Assembly (NCBI GenBank): GCA_036001425.1
Contig: DASYUI010000002.1
Span: 2,257 to 66,256 of the forward strand
DNA from: Actinomycetota bacterium
GTDB lineage: Bacteria; Actinomycetota; UBA4738; CALAEC01
Direction: 5' to 3'
Length of the DNA: 64,000 bases
Shown here: in pieces, positions 36,949 through 45,268 of the stretch
How positions within the stretch are numbered: position 1 is the stretch's first letter
Layout: every line of letters starts with the position of its first letter
Notes under the pieces: model-generated
What the model saw: the letters and a program-made list of their open reading frames with translations, nothing else
Database searches by the model: none
What the model was told of the DNA's origin: nothing
Program-made: the position numbers and the translations under genes

Positions 36949-37110
36949 TTAGCCCCCGTGCTCGTGCGGTTCGCGAAGCGACACATGAAGCTCAACGACG
37001 AGACACGAGTAGCAGATGCCGCCGGCTGGGCAGTCCGCGCGGTCGCAGCACGAACAGTAGTCGAGCCGCTTCTCGCACCCCGAGCAGATCAGCATCGTGA
37101 CGGGCTCCAT
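36949..37110 (-). CDS. Unlisted Cys-rich small protein (53 aa)
   Basis: Hand-translated: MEPVTMLICSGCEKRLDYCSCCDRADCPAGGICYSCLVVELHVSLREPHEHGG. It has 8 Cys residues. The ATG at 37110 lies about 10 nt after GAGGAGAG, and 24 nt downstream of the rhodanese-CBS stop codon. It is below the 60-aa cutoff of the ORF track. Confidence 0.5.
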   Translation of the reverse strand: MEPVTMLICSGCEKRLDYCSCCDRADCPAGGICYSCLVVELHVSLREPHEHGG

Positions 37111-37134
37111 TTTCGGTTCACTCTCCTCGACCCC

Positions 37135-37857
37135 CTAGCCCTGCTCGTGCTCCGCCCCGAATTGCTGGTGGAGACGATGGGCAGCCGCCTCCGCGTCCTT
37201 CCTCAGAAGCATGCCCACGAGCACCCCATCGGAGGTGGTGACGGGTGAGCTGTCGAGGTCGTGCCGGGACATGAACCGAGCCATCTCCTCGACGTGGACG
37301 TGCGGGCGGAAGGTGCTCGGTCCCGGCCGCATCACGTCCTCCACTACCTCATCGTCGCGCGCTTCCCCCAGCTCCTCCGCCCGAAGGAGCCCCAGCACGA
37401 TCCGCTCGTCGTTCACTACCACACACTCTTCCCACCCGGCCTCGTGGACCCGCTCCCGCACCTTTCCGACCCGCTCATCCAGGCGGCATGTGGGAACGTC
37501 CGAGCGGGCTATGTCCGCGGCCCGCGGCAGCCCGGCGATCTCGCCTTCACGGGGCAATCCGGCCGCGAGCCAGTCCTGCTTGCCGGCGACGTAGTCGTAC
37601 ACCTCAGTGAACCCGAGGCTCTCGAGCCGCCACGCGGCCCGTGGGCTCATGTCTCAGGCCGAGTCCCAGCAATAGACGATGACCGGACGAGAAGGGTCCA
37701 GCCGATGGGGAGCCTCGCCGTCGATGCTCCGAAGCGGAATGTTCACGGCCCCCGGGAGGTGCTCCTCCTCGTACTCCTCGCGTGGAAGGACCTCCACGAG
37801 CTGTCCCCCATCATCGAGGAGGCGCTGCACCTCCCGACGACCGATCTCCTTCGGCAT
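37135..37857 (-). CDS. Rhodanese-CBS protein with in-frame TGA (candidate selenocysteine codon at 37654-37656)
   Basis: ORFs 37654..37857 and 37135..37650 share one frame. The upstream part is a rhodanese N-terminal portion ending PVIVYCWDSA. The TGA codon follows, and then DMSPRAAWRLESLGFTEVYDYVAGKQDWLAAGLP (the rest of the rhodanese fold) plus two CBS motifs. Confidence 0.6.
37625..37647 (-). promoter_or_regulatory. Candidate bacterial SECIS hairpin
   Basis: The mRNA 5'-AGCCCACG(GGCCG)CGUGGCGGCU-3' starts 6 nt after the UGA. It forms about 8 bp with a small bulge, and the apical loop begins with GG. Confidence 0.4.
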
Positions 37858-37886
37858 CCCCCGTCCTTACCTGGGAGGATTTCCTG

Positions 37887-38498
37887 CTACCCGCGTCGTT
37901 CCCACCAGGGCCTGCCCGCCGGCCGCTCTGATGGCAGTTCCGAAGCCGGCCTGGGCGTCGGCGACGGCGGTGGCGGCGCCATGGGCGCCGGGCCGGCGGC
38001 CGGCATGGCCGGTCGCCCACCCGCCGGTTGCGCTCCGGCCCTCCGCGCCGCGGTCTTCCTCCTCGCGGTGGTCTTCTTCCGTCCGGTGGTCTTGCGCGCG
38101 GTGGTCTTCCTTCGGGCCGTGGTCTTCTTCCGGGCCGTGGTCTTCTTCCGGCCAGCGGTCTTCCGCGCCGCGGTCTTCTTCCGGCCAGTGGTCTTCCGCG
38201 CCGCGGTCTTCCTCCGCGCGGTGGTCTTCTTCCGTCCGGTGGTCTTGCGCGCGGTGATCTTCCTTCGGGCCGCGGTCTTCTTCCGCGTGGTGGTCTTCCT
38301 TCGGCCGGCGGTCTTCCGCGCCGCGGTCTTCTTCCGCCCGGTGGTCTTGCGCGCGGCGGTCTTCCTTCGGGCCGTGGTCCGCTTCCGCGTGGTGGTCTTC
38401 CTCGCCGCGGTCTTCTTTCTGGCCGTGGTCTTCTTGCGAGCGGCCGGTTTCCTCGCCGCGGACTTCTTCCGCGTCGTCCTCCTTCTCGCCGGTGGCAT
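37887..38498 (-). CDS. Lys/Arg/Thr/Ala-repeat basic protein (histone H1/AlgP-like low-complexity) with Pro-rich tail
   Basis: 203 aa (MPPARRRTTRKKSAARKPAARKKTTARKKTAARK...). The ATG at 38498 is preceded by GGGGAAGGAGGGGGAAGG. This frame has G/C at nearly every third codon position (aag, acc, gcg, cgg), unlike the two overlapping frames. Confidence 0.6.
   Translation of the reverse strand: MPPARRRTTRKKSAARKPAARKKTTARKKTAARKTTTRKRTTARRKTAARKTTGRKKTAARKTAGRRKTTTRKKTAARRKITARKTTGRKKTTARRKTAARKTTGRKKTAARKTAGRKKTTARKKTTARRKTTARKTTGRKKTTARRKTAARRAGAQPAGGRPAMPAAGPAPMAPPPPSPTPRPASELPSERPAGRPWWERRG
38018..38474. repeat. Coding tandem repeat (about 33-bp subunits nested in a unit of roughly 150 bp)
   Basis: The block TARRKTAARKTTGRKKTAARKTAGR(R/K)KTT...TARKTTGRKKT occurs twice in the protein. 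All three minus-strand frames and two plus-strand frames stay open across it. Confidence 0.8.
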
Positions 38499-38634
38499 CC
38501 TTCCCCCTCCTTCCCCACTCCGACACTCAGGTGAAACTCATAGAACCATCGGGCTCCGCTCGCAAGTCCGAAATCGAGATTCTCTCGGCCATCATCTTGC
38601 CGGTTCGGAGCGTTGACAGATCTGGGACTAGGCT

Positions 38635-39387
38635 GTGTCAGTGACGGATCGCCTGCTCGAAGCCGCCCGGGCCAAGCAGGAAGTGCGCGAACGCATGTGG
38701 TCCCTTCTGGAGCAAGAAGGCGTCGCTCGGTTTCCGGGGGCTCGGGGGCGGATCCCCAACTTCGCCGGGGCCGAGGCCGCGGCGGAGCGTCTGGCCGGGC
38801 TGCCCGAATGGCGGAGGGCAGCCGTGATCAAGGCGAATCCCGACGCCCCGCAGCTGTCTGTCCGGGCCCGGGCCCGGGCCCTCGAGGACGGCAAACGCCT
38901 CTGCATGGCGGTTCCACGGCTCCGCGCGGAGAACCCTTTCCTCCGCATCGACCCCGACCGTCTGTCCCGCCCATCGCGTCGAGCGGCCTCGATCAAGGGT
39001 GCGGCCAAGTCGGGGCGTCCCGTCGCGGTCGGGGACATGGAACCGATCGATATGGTCGTGTGCGGAAGCGTGGCCGTCGGCCGGAACGGCGTGCGGGTCG
39101 GCAAGGGAGGGGGATGTTCGGATCTCGAGCTCGGTCTCCTGGCCGAGGCGGGACTAGTCCATCAAGAGACGGTGTTCATCACCACCGTTCACCCACTGCA
39201 GGTCCTCGAGGAGGAGCTACCCGAGACGGGGCATGACTTCCGAGTGCATCGAATCGTGACTCCGCAGGACGTCATCCGGACGGGAGCTCGTCGATCCCCG
39301 GCAGGCATCCTCTGGGATCACCTGGACGAGGAGAAGATCGCCGCGGTCCCGGCGCTGGCCGGGTTGGCGGAGCAGCGCCTGTCATGA
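38635..39387 (+). CDS. 5-formyltetrahydrofolate cyclo-ligase family protein
   Basis: 250 aa. KQEVRERMWSLLEQEGVARFPGARGRIPNFAGAEAAAERLAGLPEWRRAAVIKANPDAPQ ... GKGGGCSDLELGLL. The family assignment is from memory of the COG0212-type pattern. Confidence 0.65.
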   Translation: MSVTDRLLEAARAKQEVRERMWSLLEQEGVARFPGARGRIPNFAGAEAAAERLAGLPEWRRAAVIKANPDAPQLSVRARARALEDGKRLCMAVPRLRAENPFLRIDPDRLSRPSRRAASIKGAAKSGRPVAVGDMEPIDMVVCGSVAVGRNGVRVGKGGGCSDLELGLLAEAGLVHQETVFITTVHPLQVLEEELPETGHDFRVHRIVTPQDVIRTGARRSPAGILWDHLDEEKIAAVPALAGLAEQRLS

Positions 39388-39421
39388 CCGCCCTCGTCCT
39401 GTCCCTCGGAACGGCCTGGAC

Positions 39422-41314
39422 CTAGTCCTTGCCGCCTCCGAGTCCTGGGGTGGCCCCATCCTGGCCTGACGATGCCTGCCCGGATCCGTTGCCGCCCGAT
39501 CGGCCGGATCCCGAACCGCCCGTGGTGCCCCCTCGGTCGGCGTCCCGTTCGGGTGAGCCCTTCTCGGACGGGACCTTGCGGTCCCTGCGGTGACCGGTGC
39601 TCTTCTTTCCGTTCTGTCGCTTCGCCGGCCCGCTGTTTCCGCGCCGGCCCCGATCGGTGGGGTTGCCCCCACGCCCATCAGTCTGGCCACCGGTCTGGTG
39701 CGCGACGGGCTGGATGGGGCGTACACCGGCAAGGGCCCGGGCGGAGTCCCTGAAGGCGCGGCCCAGATCCTCGCAAGCCTCCGCAGGACCGCCGGACACC
39801 CGGCCGGCCGGTACGGCGTCGGTCACGGCCCCACACGATCCCTCGAAGAGGTCGGCCAAGCTCTCGACCTGACGGGAGAGGACCGACTCGACCTGCGAAC
39901 GGAGAGCCTCCCCCTGGATGGTTCCCCGAACCTCGTCGAGGCCGGCGACGGACGAGGCCGTGTGCAGGCGCAGGTTCTCCGTGACCGTTCCCACGAACGC
40001 GAGGCGTTCCTCGGCGAAGAGCGGGCGCAGCTCCCACAGCCGCTTGGTGGCGAACTCCAGATGCAGCTGCACCTCTCGGGCCGGATCCCCGTTGGCTAGG
40101 AGCCGGGCCTCCTCAACACCGAGCTTGAGTGAATACAGCGAGTCGCCGGGAGCGGAGTTCTCCGCGAGGACGATGGCCGTCGGTCCCATCACCAAGGCCA
40201 GAACGAGCAGGGCCACCCCCGCGCCGGCGATGTAACCGCGAACCAGGCGATGGCGGCGGGCGCCGACCCGCCGGGACCGGCCCACCGGCGCCAGGCCCAC
40301 CAGGCGAGCGGCGAGGTCCCCGCCGGCCCGGCGATCCACCGCAACGGCATTCCCTTCCTTCCGCTTGGCGAACTCCTTCATCTCCGTGGCGATATCCACG
40401 AGGGCCCGGTGATCGTGCACCTCCCGGCCCAGGTTGGTGGCCACGCCGATCGACAGCGTCAGCAGAGGGATCCGGCGCCTCCGTCCCTGGCGGTCCACGA
40501 TCTCGATGTAGCCCCGGGCGGCGTCCTCCCGCTCGTACAGGTGCTCGACGCGCGTCTCGAAGCCGGTGATGACGTCCTGGACGAACATCTCCGCGATGTC
40601 GGGGTGGGTTAGCACGATGAAGTCGTCGCCGCCGACGTGTCCGAGGAAGGTATCTGGTCTGTCCTCGGCGGCGCTCCACAGCACCTCCGCCAGAGCCTCG
40701 ATGGCCTCGTCGCCGCGCAGGAACCCGTAATGGTCGTTGTACGCCTTGAACTGGTCCAGGTCGATGTAGAGCAGGGCCACCTCCTCCCCGGCGGCAACCC
40801 GCATCTGCAGCTCACGTTGGATCTGGAGGTTGCCGGGGAGACCGGTGAGGGGTGACGCCGAGCGGACCTGCTCCAGTCGCCGAAGGACCAGGTTTACTCG
40901 GGAGACCAGCTCCACCGGATCGAACGGTTTGACGATGAAGTCGTCCGCTCCCGCGGCGAGCCCGATGTTCCGATCCGCCGGAAGGGACCGGCCGGTGAGC
41001 AGGATCACGCTCGGGTCGCCGAATCGCCAGTCCGACCGCAGCCGGCGGCACACCTCGTACCCGTCGACGCCAGGGATCACGATGTCGAGGAGTACCAGCG
41101 CGGGCCGGTACTCCAACGCGAGCGCGAGCGCAGTCTCGCCGTCGCGTGCCGTGACGACGGCGTGACCCTGAGACCTGAGGTTCACCTCGATGAACTTCAG
41201 GATGTCTTCGTCATCGTCTGCGACGAGGATGATCGGCCGCCCGGTGTGGGGAGCCTCGGGCGCGGCTCCGACACCGGGCCGCTTAGCGGATGTCGATGCT
41301 CTCATGGCCCGCAC
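39422..41314 (-). CDS. Response-regulator receiver - GGDEF (GGDDF variant) - TM - DUF5667-like extracytoplasmic domain protein
   Basis: REC domain (ILVADDDEDILKFIEVNL...LLDIVIPGVDGYEV...KPF), GGDEF domain (LLYIDLDQFKAYNDHYGFLRGD...GHVGGDDFIVL), a TM helix (AGAGVALLVLALVMGPTAIVL), a helical domain resembling DUF5667, and a Gly/Arg/Ser-rich tail. Confidence 0.8.
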   Translation of the reverse strand: MRAMRASTSAKRPGVGAAPEAPHTGRPIILVADDDEDILKFIEVNLRSQGHAVVTARDGETALALALEYRPALVLLDIVIPGVDGYEVCRRLRSDWRFGDPSVILLTGRSLPADRNIGLAAGADDFIVKPFDPVELVSRVNLVLRRLEQVRSASPLTGLPGNLQIQRELQMRVAAGEEVALLYIDLDQFKAYNDHYGFLRGDEAIEALAEVLWSAAEDRPDTFLGHVGGDDFIVLTHPDIAEMFVQDVITGFETRVEHLYEREDAARGYIEIVDRQGRRRRIPLLTLSIGVATNLGREVHDHRALVDIATEMKEFAKRKEGNAVAVDRRAGGDLAARLVGLAPVGRSRRVGARRHRLVRGYIAGAGVALLVLALVMGPTAIVLAENSAPGDSLYSLKLGVEEARLLANGDPAREVQLHLEFATKRLWELRPLFAEERLAFVGTVTENLRLHTASSVAGLDEVRGTIQGEALRSQVESVLSRQVESLADLFEGSCGAVTDAVPAGRVSGGPAEACEDLGRAFRDSARALAGVRPIQPVAHQTGGQTDGRGGNPTDRGRRGNSGPAKRQNGKKSTGHRRDRKVPSEKGSPERDADRGGTTGGSGSGRSGGNGSGQASSGQDGATPGLGGGKD

Positions 41315-41428
41315 GGTCCCCCGGTCCTCGCTTCGGTTATCGGCATTCTGGGGGACGGCTCTAGAGCCGGTTGGCTAGGTACTTGTGCGGAAACCGGGTC
41401 GGCAGAGGGAAGGATGTCCCGGATGCGG

Positions 41429-42298
41429 TCATCTGCCCTTTCGGCGGGCCGTGAGGCGGCTCCGGGACCTCCTCGCCTCCTCCTCCTTCATCGTCCGGGC
41501 GGCTTCCTCCCAACCCACACCGCCGCGCTCGGGAAAGAGATCCCTCTGCCGCTCGTAGACGCAGAGGAACAGGTCGCCCTCGTGGGCACGTGGGTACAGA
41601 CCCTCGTTCCTGATGGCCTGGAGCGCCGGCGCGTACACCCGGTCGTACCAATCGGCGGCGATCTCCTCGGACGGGAGGACCTCACCTCGTTCCTGCATCA
41701 GGTGGTAGCCGTGGATCTTCACCAGCTCCAGGAGCTCCACATATCCCTGGGGGCGGCTGAACTCGATCCGGGCCTCCGGGCGAGCCCGCTCGAGGCCGCT
41801 CTCTTCCATGAACATCCGCTGTTGCTCGAGCATGATGAGCCGGGCGATGTCGGCGTCAGGCGGAAGCGGCCATCGGGTCCGCAGCCGGGTGACCTCCGCG
41901 TCGATGAAGTCGATCCCCTGTTGCCGGGCGACGGCCACACGATGGTGCCCGTCGACCACGAAGTACCGGCCGTCGAGCTCGTAGACCTGGATCGGAGGGA
42001 ACCCCCCGTCTCCGAAGGCACGCTCGACGCGACGCCACCGCTCCCCGACCTCCCGGCGGCGGGGCAGGAAGTCGCGGTCGAAGTCCCGGGTCCGCCCGAC
42101 GGTGCCCACGATGTCCTTGACCGGGATGGGACGAATCCCCACGTAGCTCTGCTGGAACAGGCGTAGGCGCCGAGTTACCTCGTCGAGCGGGAGCAGATCC
42201 CGGTCGGTCCCTGACTTCCGCTGAACGAACCGGGCCAGCCGCCGGAAGCGGTCGCGACGGCGGGCCTTGTCGAACGTCGACCGGTTCGGAACCATCAT
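41429..42298 (-). CDS. ParB/sulfiredoxin-like nuclease-domain protein
   Basis: IPVKDIVGTVGR...PPIQVYELDGRYFVVDGHHRVAVARQQG is the ParB-like N-terminal domain core. Confidence 0.6.
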   Translation of the reverse strand: MMVPNRSTFDKARRRDRFRRLARFVQRKSGTDRDLLPLDEVTRRLRLFQQSYVGIRPIPVKDIVGTVGRTRDFDRDFLPRRREVGERWRRVERAFGDGGFPPIQVYELDGRYFVVDGHHRVAVARQQGIDFIDAEVTRLRTRWPLPPDADIARLIMLEQQRMFMEESGLERARPEARIEFSRPQGYVELLELVKIHGYHLMQERGEVLPSEEIAADWYDRVYAPALQAIRNEGLYPRAHEGDLFLCVYERQRDLFPERGGVGWEEAARTMKEEEARRSRSRLTARRKGR

Positions 42299-42428
42299 GG
42301 AGCTTCCTCTGCCCTCCTCCTCAGTCCGCTGCCTTCGGCAGCGTTTTCGGCCAGGGGGAATGCAGCAGCCTCATTCCGCTCGGCTTCGCCTCGCGGGGCT
42401 GCTGGGCACCCCACGGATCTCGCTCGCT

Positions 42429-43172
42429 TCACTCGCTGCGATCCGCGGGGACCCCGCCACTTTCCCCCTGGACCCCCTCGACCTCCAGCACTCGGTACGG
42501 CACCACGTTGACCACTCTCGTCTCATTCAACCAGCGGTCCGGCCGCGGTGTTCCGTGCGGATGGACATGTCCGTGGAGCAGCAGGCGCGGCCGAAGCCTC
42601 CTCACGAGGGCATGGAATGCTGCGAAGCCCACGTGGGCCGGGTCGTCCGGTTCGTCCCCGAGCCCCTTGGGCGGGGAGTGGGTGACCAGGACGTCGACTG
42701 CTCGCCGCCGCAGCGGCCTGCGCAGGCGGGCCCGTGCCTGGAGCCGCAGGGCTCGCCGCCGCATCTGGCCCTGTGTGTATCGGTTCGGGCCATCCGTGTA
42801 GTTGATCGATCCGCCCAGGCCGGCGACCAGGAGCCCCGCCGCTTCCGCAACTCGCCCGTCGACGTTCACGCAGCCCTCGGGTCCCGGGGGCGGCGCCAAG
42901 CTTCTCACCACCAGGCGACCGGAAGCGTCCCCGGAGCCGATCAGGAGGCCCGGCTGGAACTCCTCTCGCTCCTCGGCAAGCCTGATCGAGAGGTCGGGGT
43001 CGTGGTTCCCGGGGACGTAGAGCAGCGGGACGGACAATACGGTCACGATGTACTCGAGGTAGTCGAACGGCAGGTCGCCGCAGGACACGACCAGGTCGGG
43101 CTGCAGCCTGCCCAGGGTCCGGCCGTACAGCATCTCCTCGACCTCGTCGGAGACGGCCAGGATCCTGGTCAT
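42429..43172 (-). CDS. Metallophosphoesterase
   Basis: ILAVSDEV, SCGDL, VPGNHD, LVTHSPP and LLHGHVH are the five calcineurin-like phosphoesterase motifs. Confidence 0.8.
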   Translation of the reverse strand: MTRILAVSDEVEEMLYGRTLGRLQPDLVVSCGDLPFDYLEYIVTVLSVPLLYVPGNHDPDLSIRLAEEREEFQPGLLIGSGDASGRLVVRSLAPPPGPEGCVNVDGRVAEAAGLLVAGLGGSINYTDGPNRYTQGQMRRRALRLQARARLRRPLRRRAVDVLVTHSPPKGLGDEPDDPAHVGFAAFHALVRRLRPRLLLHGHVHPHGTPRPDRWLNETRVVNVVPYRVLEVEGVQGESGGVPADRSE

Positions 43173-43437
43173 ACTCCATCCAAGAGTACCCGTGCTGCTT
43201 TCCTGCGACTGACGCGCCCACCGTTGAATGAGTGAACAAGGGTTAAGTTTCGCGCCACTCCTCCCGATACTTCCTCCTGGAGCCCGGTGAGGCCGGACGG
43301 GAGCGGCTCGGCAGGACTCGCTCCCCGGTGCTTCCGTTGCCGTCCGGCCCCGCCGGGTCCCGCAGTTCGTTTGTACGTCCGGAGACGCCGGCCCGAGAAG
43401 CGGGCGCGGCCCCAGAAGGTTCGAAGGGGGGCCTTCG

Positions 43438-44346
43438 ATGTTCGGGAACAGTCCCCGGCTCCGCCGGAGCTTCGTGGGTTACAGCAAGAAGGACGTCCTG
43501 CACACGCTGGACGAGCAGGAGACCATGGTCAGGCAGGCCCAGCAGTCCGCGGAGGCTGCCCGCGCCGCGGCCGCCCGCCTCGAGACGGAGATCGGGCAGC
43601 TCCGGGAAGACGCGGAGACCAGAGGCCGGGAGGCCCAGGTTCTGCAGGCCCAGGTCCAGCAGGCCGCCACCGACGCCCAGGAGCACCGTCAGCTCGCAGA
43701 GCGGTATCGGGCCGAGGCGAATCAGTACCGCGCGGAGGCCGACCGCCTCCGAGGCGAGGCCGAGAGGGAACGGGCTGAGGCCGAGCGCGCTCGCCAGGAG
43801 GCCGAGGCCGCTCAGGCGCCCGACCGACTGGCCGAGCTGCTCAACGAAGAGCTTGCCCAGGTATTGGCCGCGGCGAAGGAGTCGGCCCAGCGCATCGTTC
43901 AGCGAGCCGAGGAATCCGGCCGCGGGCGTGAGGCTCGCGCGGAAGAGGTGTGGGAAGAGGTGCAGGCCGAGCTCGATCGGTTCACCACCTGGTGGGAGCG
44001 GGTCGAGCCCGTGATCCGTGAGGTCCAGAAGCGGATCGAGGAAGCGCGGCACCGCGCCGACGAGGTGGCCGACCGTATCCGGCAGGCGCTGGGCCCAACC
44101 CTCCAGGCGATGATCGACGTCGACACGGACCTCGGTCGCCTCCAGGACTCGGCGATGCCGCCCCAGATCAAGCCGCCCAGCGGTGCCCAGGACGACGAGG
44201 ACGAGCCCGCCCCGTATGAGGCGGCCGTGAACGGAGGGGACCCATCCGCAAACGGCGAGGACCCTTCCTCGGTCGTCCAGGTCGACGAGCCGGTCGGCTC
44301 GGAGCGCCGGTCCGAGGGTCAGTACGACCCGGAATACTGGGGATAG
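43438..44346 (+). CDS. DivIVA-domain coiled-coil protein
   Basis: N-terminus RRSFVGYSKKDVLHTLDE (a DivIVA-type F..GY...V motif), followed by about 200 aa of heptad-rich coiled coil and an acidic tail. Confidence 0.65.
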   Translation: MFGNSPRLRRSFVGYSKKDVLHTLDEQETMVRQAQQSAEAARAAAARLETEIGQLREDAETRGREAQVLQAQVQQAATDAQEHRQLAERYRAEANQYRAEADRLRGEAERERAEAERARQEAEAAQAPDRLAELLNEELAQVLAAAKESAQRIVQRAEESGRGREARAEEVWEEVQAELDRFTTWWERVEPVIREVQKRIEEARHRADEVADRIRQALGPTLQAMIDVDTDLGRLQDSAMPPQIKPPSGAQDDEDEPAPYEAAVNGGDPSANGEDPSSVVQVDEPVGSERRSEGQYDPEYWG

Positions 44347-44534
44347 GCTCCAGCAAGCCAGGTCGGCGCGCGGCTCCTGACGTCCAGGGCTTTCCCGCAC
44401 AGTTTTCGGAGGCGCACACTGACGTCATGGCGCGGGGTCTGGGGACCCGCGGGGAGACCTGGCCACGACATCAGGGTGGACGAGGACGAGGACGTGATCT
44501 GGGTGACGATCTCTTAGGGGGGCTGGAGGGCGCT

Positions 44535-45137
44535 CTAGGAATAGTACTCGACGATCAGCCGCTCGTTGACCTCGACAGGCAACGGGATCTCATGGCGCTC
44601 TGGCCACCGCGTGAGCGTCCCGCCGAGCCCGTCCCCCTCGCGTTCGAGGTAGGGCGGTGGCTCCGGGGTGATCTCCAGGGCCTCGCGCACCGAGATCAGA
44701 TTGCGACCCTTGTCGTCGAGCTCGATGTTGTCCCCGGGACGAGCCGCGGCGCTAGGGACATCGATCCGGCGACCGTTCAGCTTCACGTGGCCGTGGGACA
44801 CCAGCTGGCGGGCGGCTCGCATCGACAGCGCGAACCCCAGCCTGAGCGCCAGGGCGTCCACCCTGGTCTCGAGCAGCTTCAGCAGCTCGGCACCGGTGAC
44901 ACCCTTCCTCCGGGTCGCGCGCTCGAAGTACCGGCGGAACTGCCGCTCACCGATGCCGTAGATCGCTCGGAGCTTCTGCTTCTCGAGCAGCCGGAGCTGG
45001 TACTCGGTCAGGCGCCGGCGCCCGCGCCCGTGCTGGCCGGGCGGGTACGGCCTTCGTCCAGACGGGCAGTTGGGACGGCCGCAAACCGCGGCGCCCACCC
45101 GTCGGCAGATCCGGTGGCGTGGTCCGACCTTCAGCAT
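44535..45137 (-). CDS. rpsD: 30S ribosomal protein S4
   Basis: PGQHGRGRRRLTEYQLRLLEKQKLRAIYGIGERQFRRYF...RVDALALRLGFALSMRAARQLVSHGHVKLNGRRIDVPS includes the S4 domain. ATG at 45137 within the longer ORF. Confidence 0.9.
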   Translation of the reverse strand: MLKVGPRHRICRRVGAAVCGRPNCPSGRRPYPPGQHGRGRRRLTEYQLRLLEKQKLRAIYGIGERQFRRYFERATRRKGVTGAELLKLLETRVDALALRLGFALSMRAARQLVSHGHVKLNGRRIDVPSAAARPGDNIELDDKGRNLISVREALEITPEPPPYLEREGDGLGGTLTRWPERHEIPLPVEVNERLIVEYYS

Positions 45138-45268
45138 CTCAGGGTTCCGCCGCCGAACAGGCAGCGGACTTTGAGGATACACGCTCCGAGTGTCCCGCGA
45201 CAGCGCGGGTGCAGCAGCGCAAGGACCGGCCAGGCTGGCCCGAGGGCGAAGCCCGGGCCAGAGGCGAC

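Noticed and set aside
38018-38474. The regular ~33-bp periodic repeats could superficially suggest a CRISPR array.
   Set aside because: There are no unique spacers between repeats. The periodicity is a multiple of three, the region lies inside a convincing ORF, and no cas genes are nearby.
37867-38526. 219-aa acidic His/Asp/Glu-rich repeat ORF (EEDHRAEEDRG...), and a third open frame at 37811..38518, over the same repeat DNA.
   Set aside because: Both overlap the K/R/T/A frame completely. They have many A-ending codons, whereas the basic frame has near-uniform G/C at third positions and a strong ribosome-binding site. They are treated as shadow frames kept open by the repeat periodicity.
38613-38634. 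A TTGACA hexamer (38613-38618) lies upstream of the 5-formyl-THF cyclo-ligase-family gene.
   Set aside because: The only -10-like hexamer (TAGGCT, 38629-38634) is 10 nt away, which is far from the 16-18 nt spacing needed. It was not called as a promoter.
42327-42347. Textbook-looking intrinsic terminator on the plus strand: a 7-bp stem (cgctgcc/ggcagcg), loop ttc, followed by TTTT.
   Set aside because: There is no plus-strand gene upstream; it lies between two minus-strand genes, in the leader of the ParB-like gene. On the minus strand it lacks a U-tract. Its function is unclear, so it was not called as a feature.
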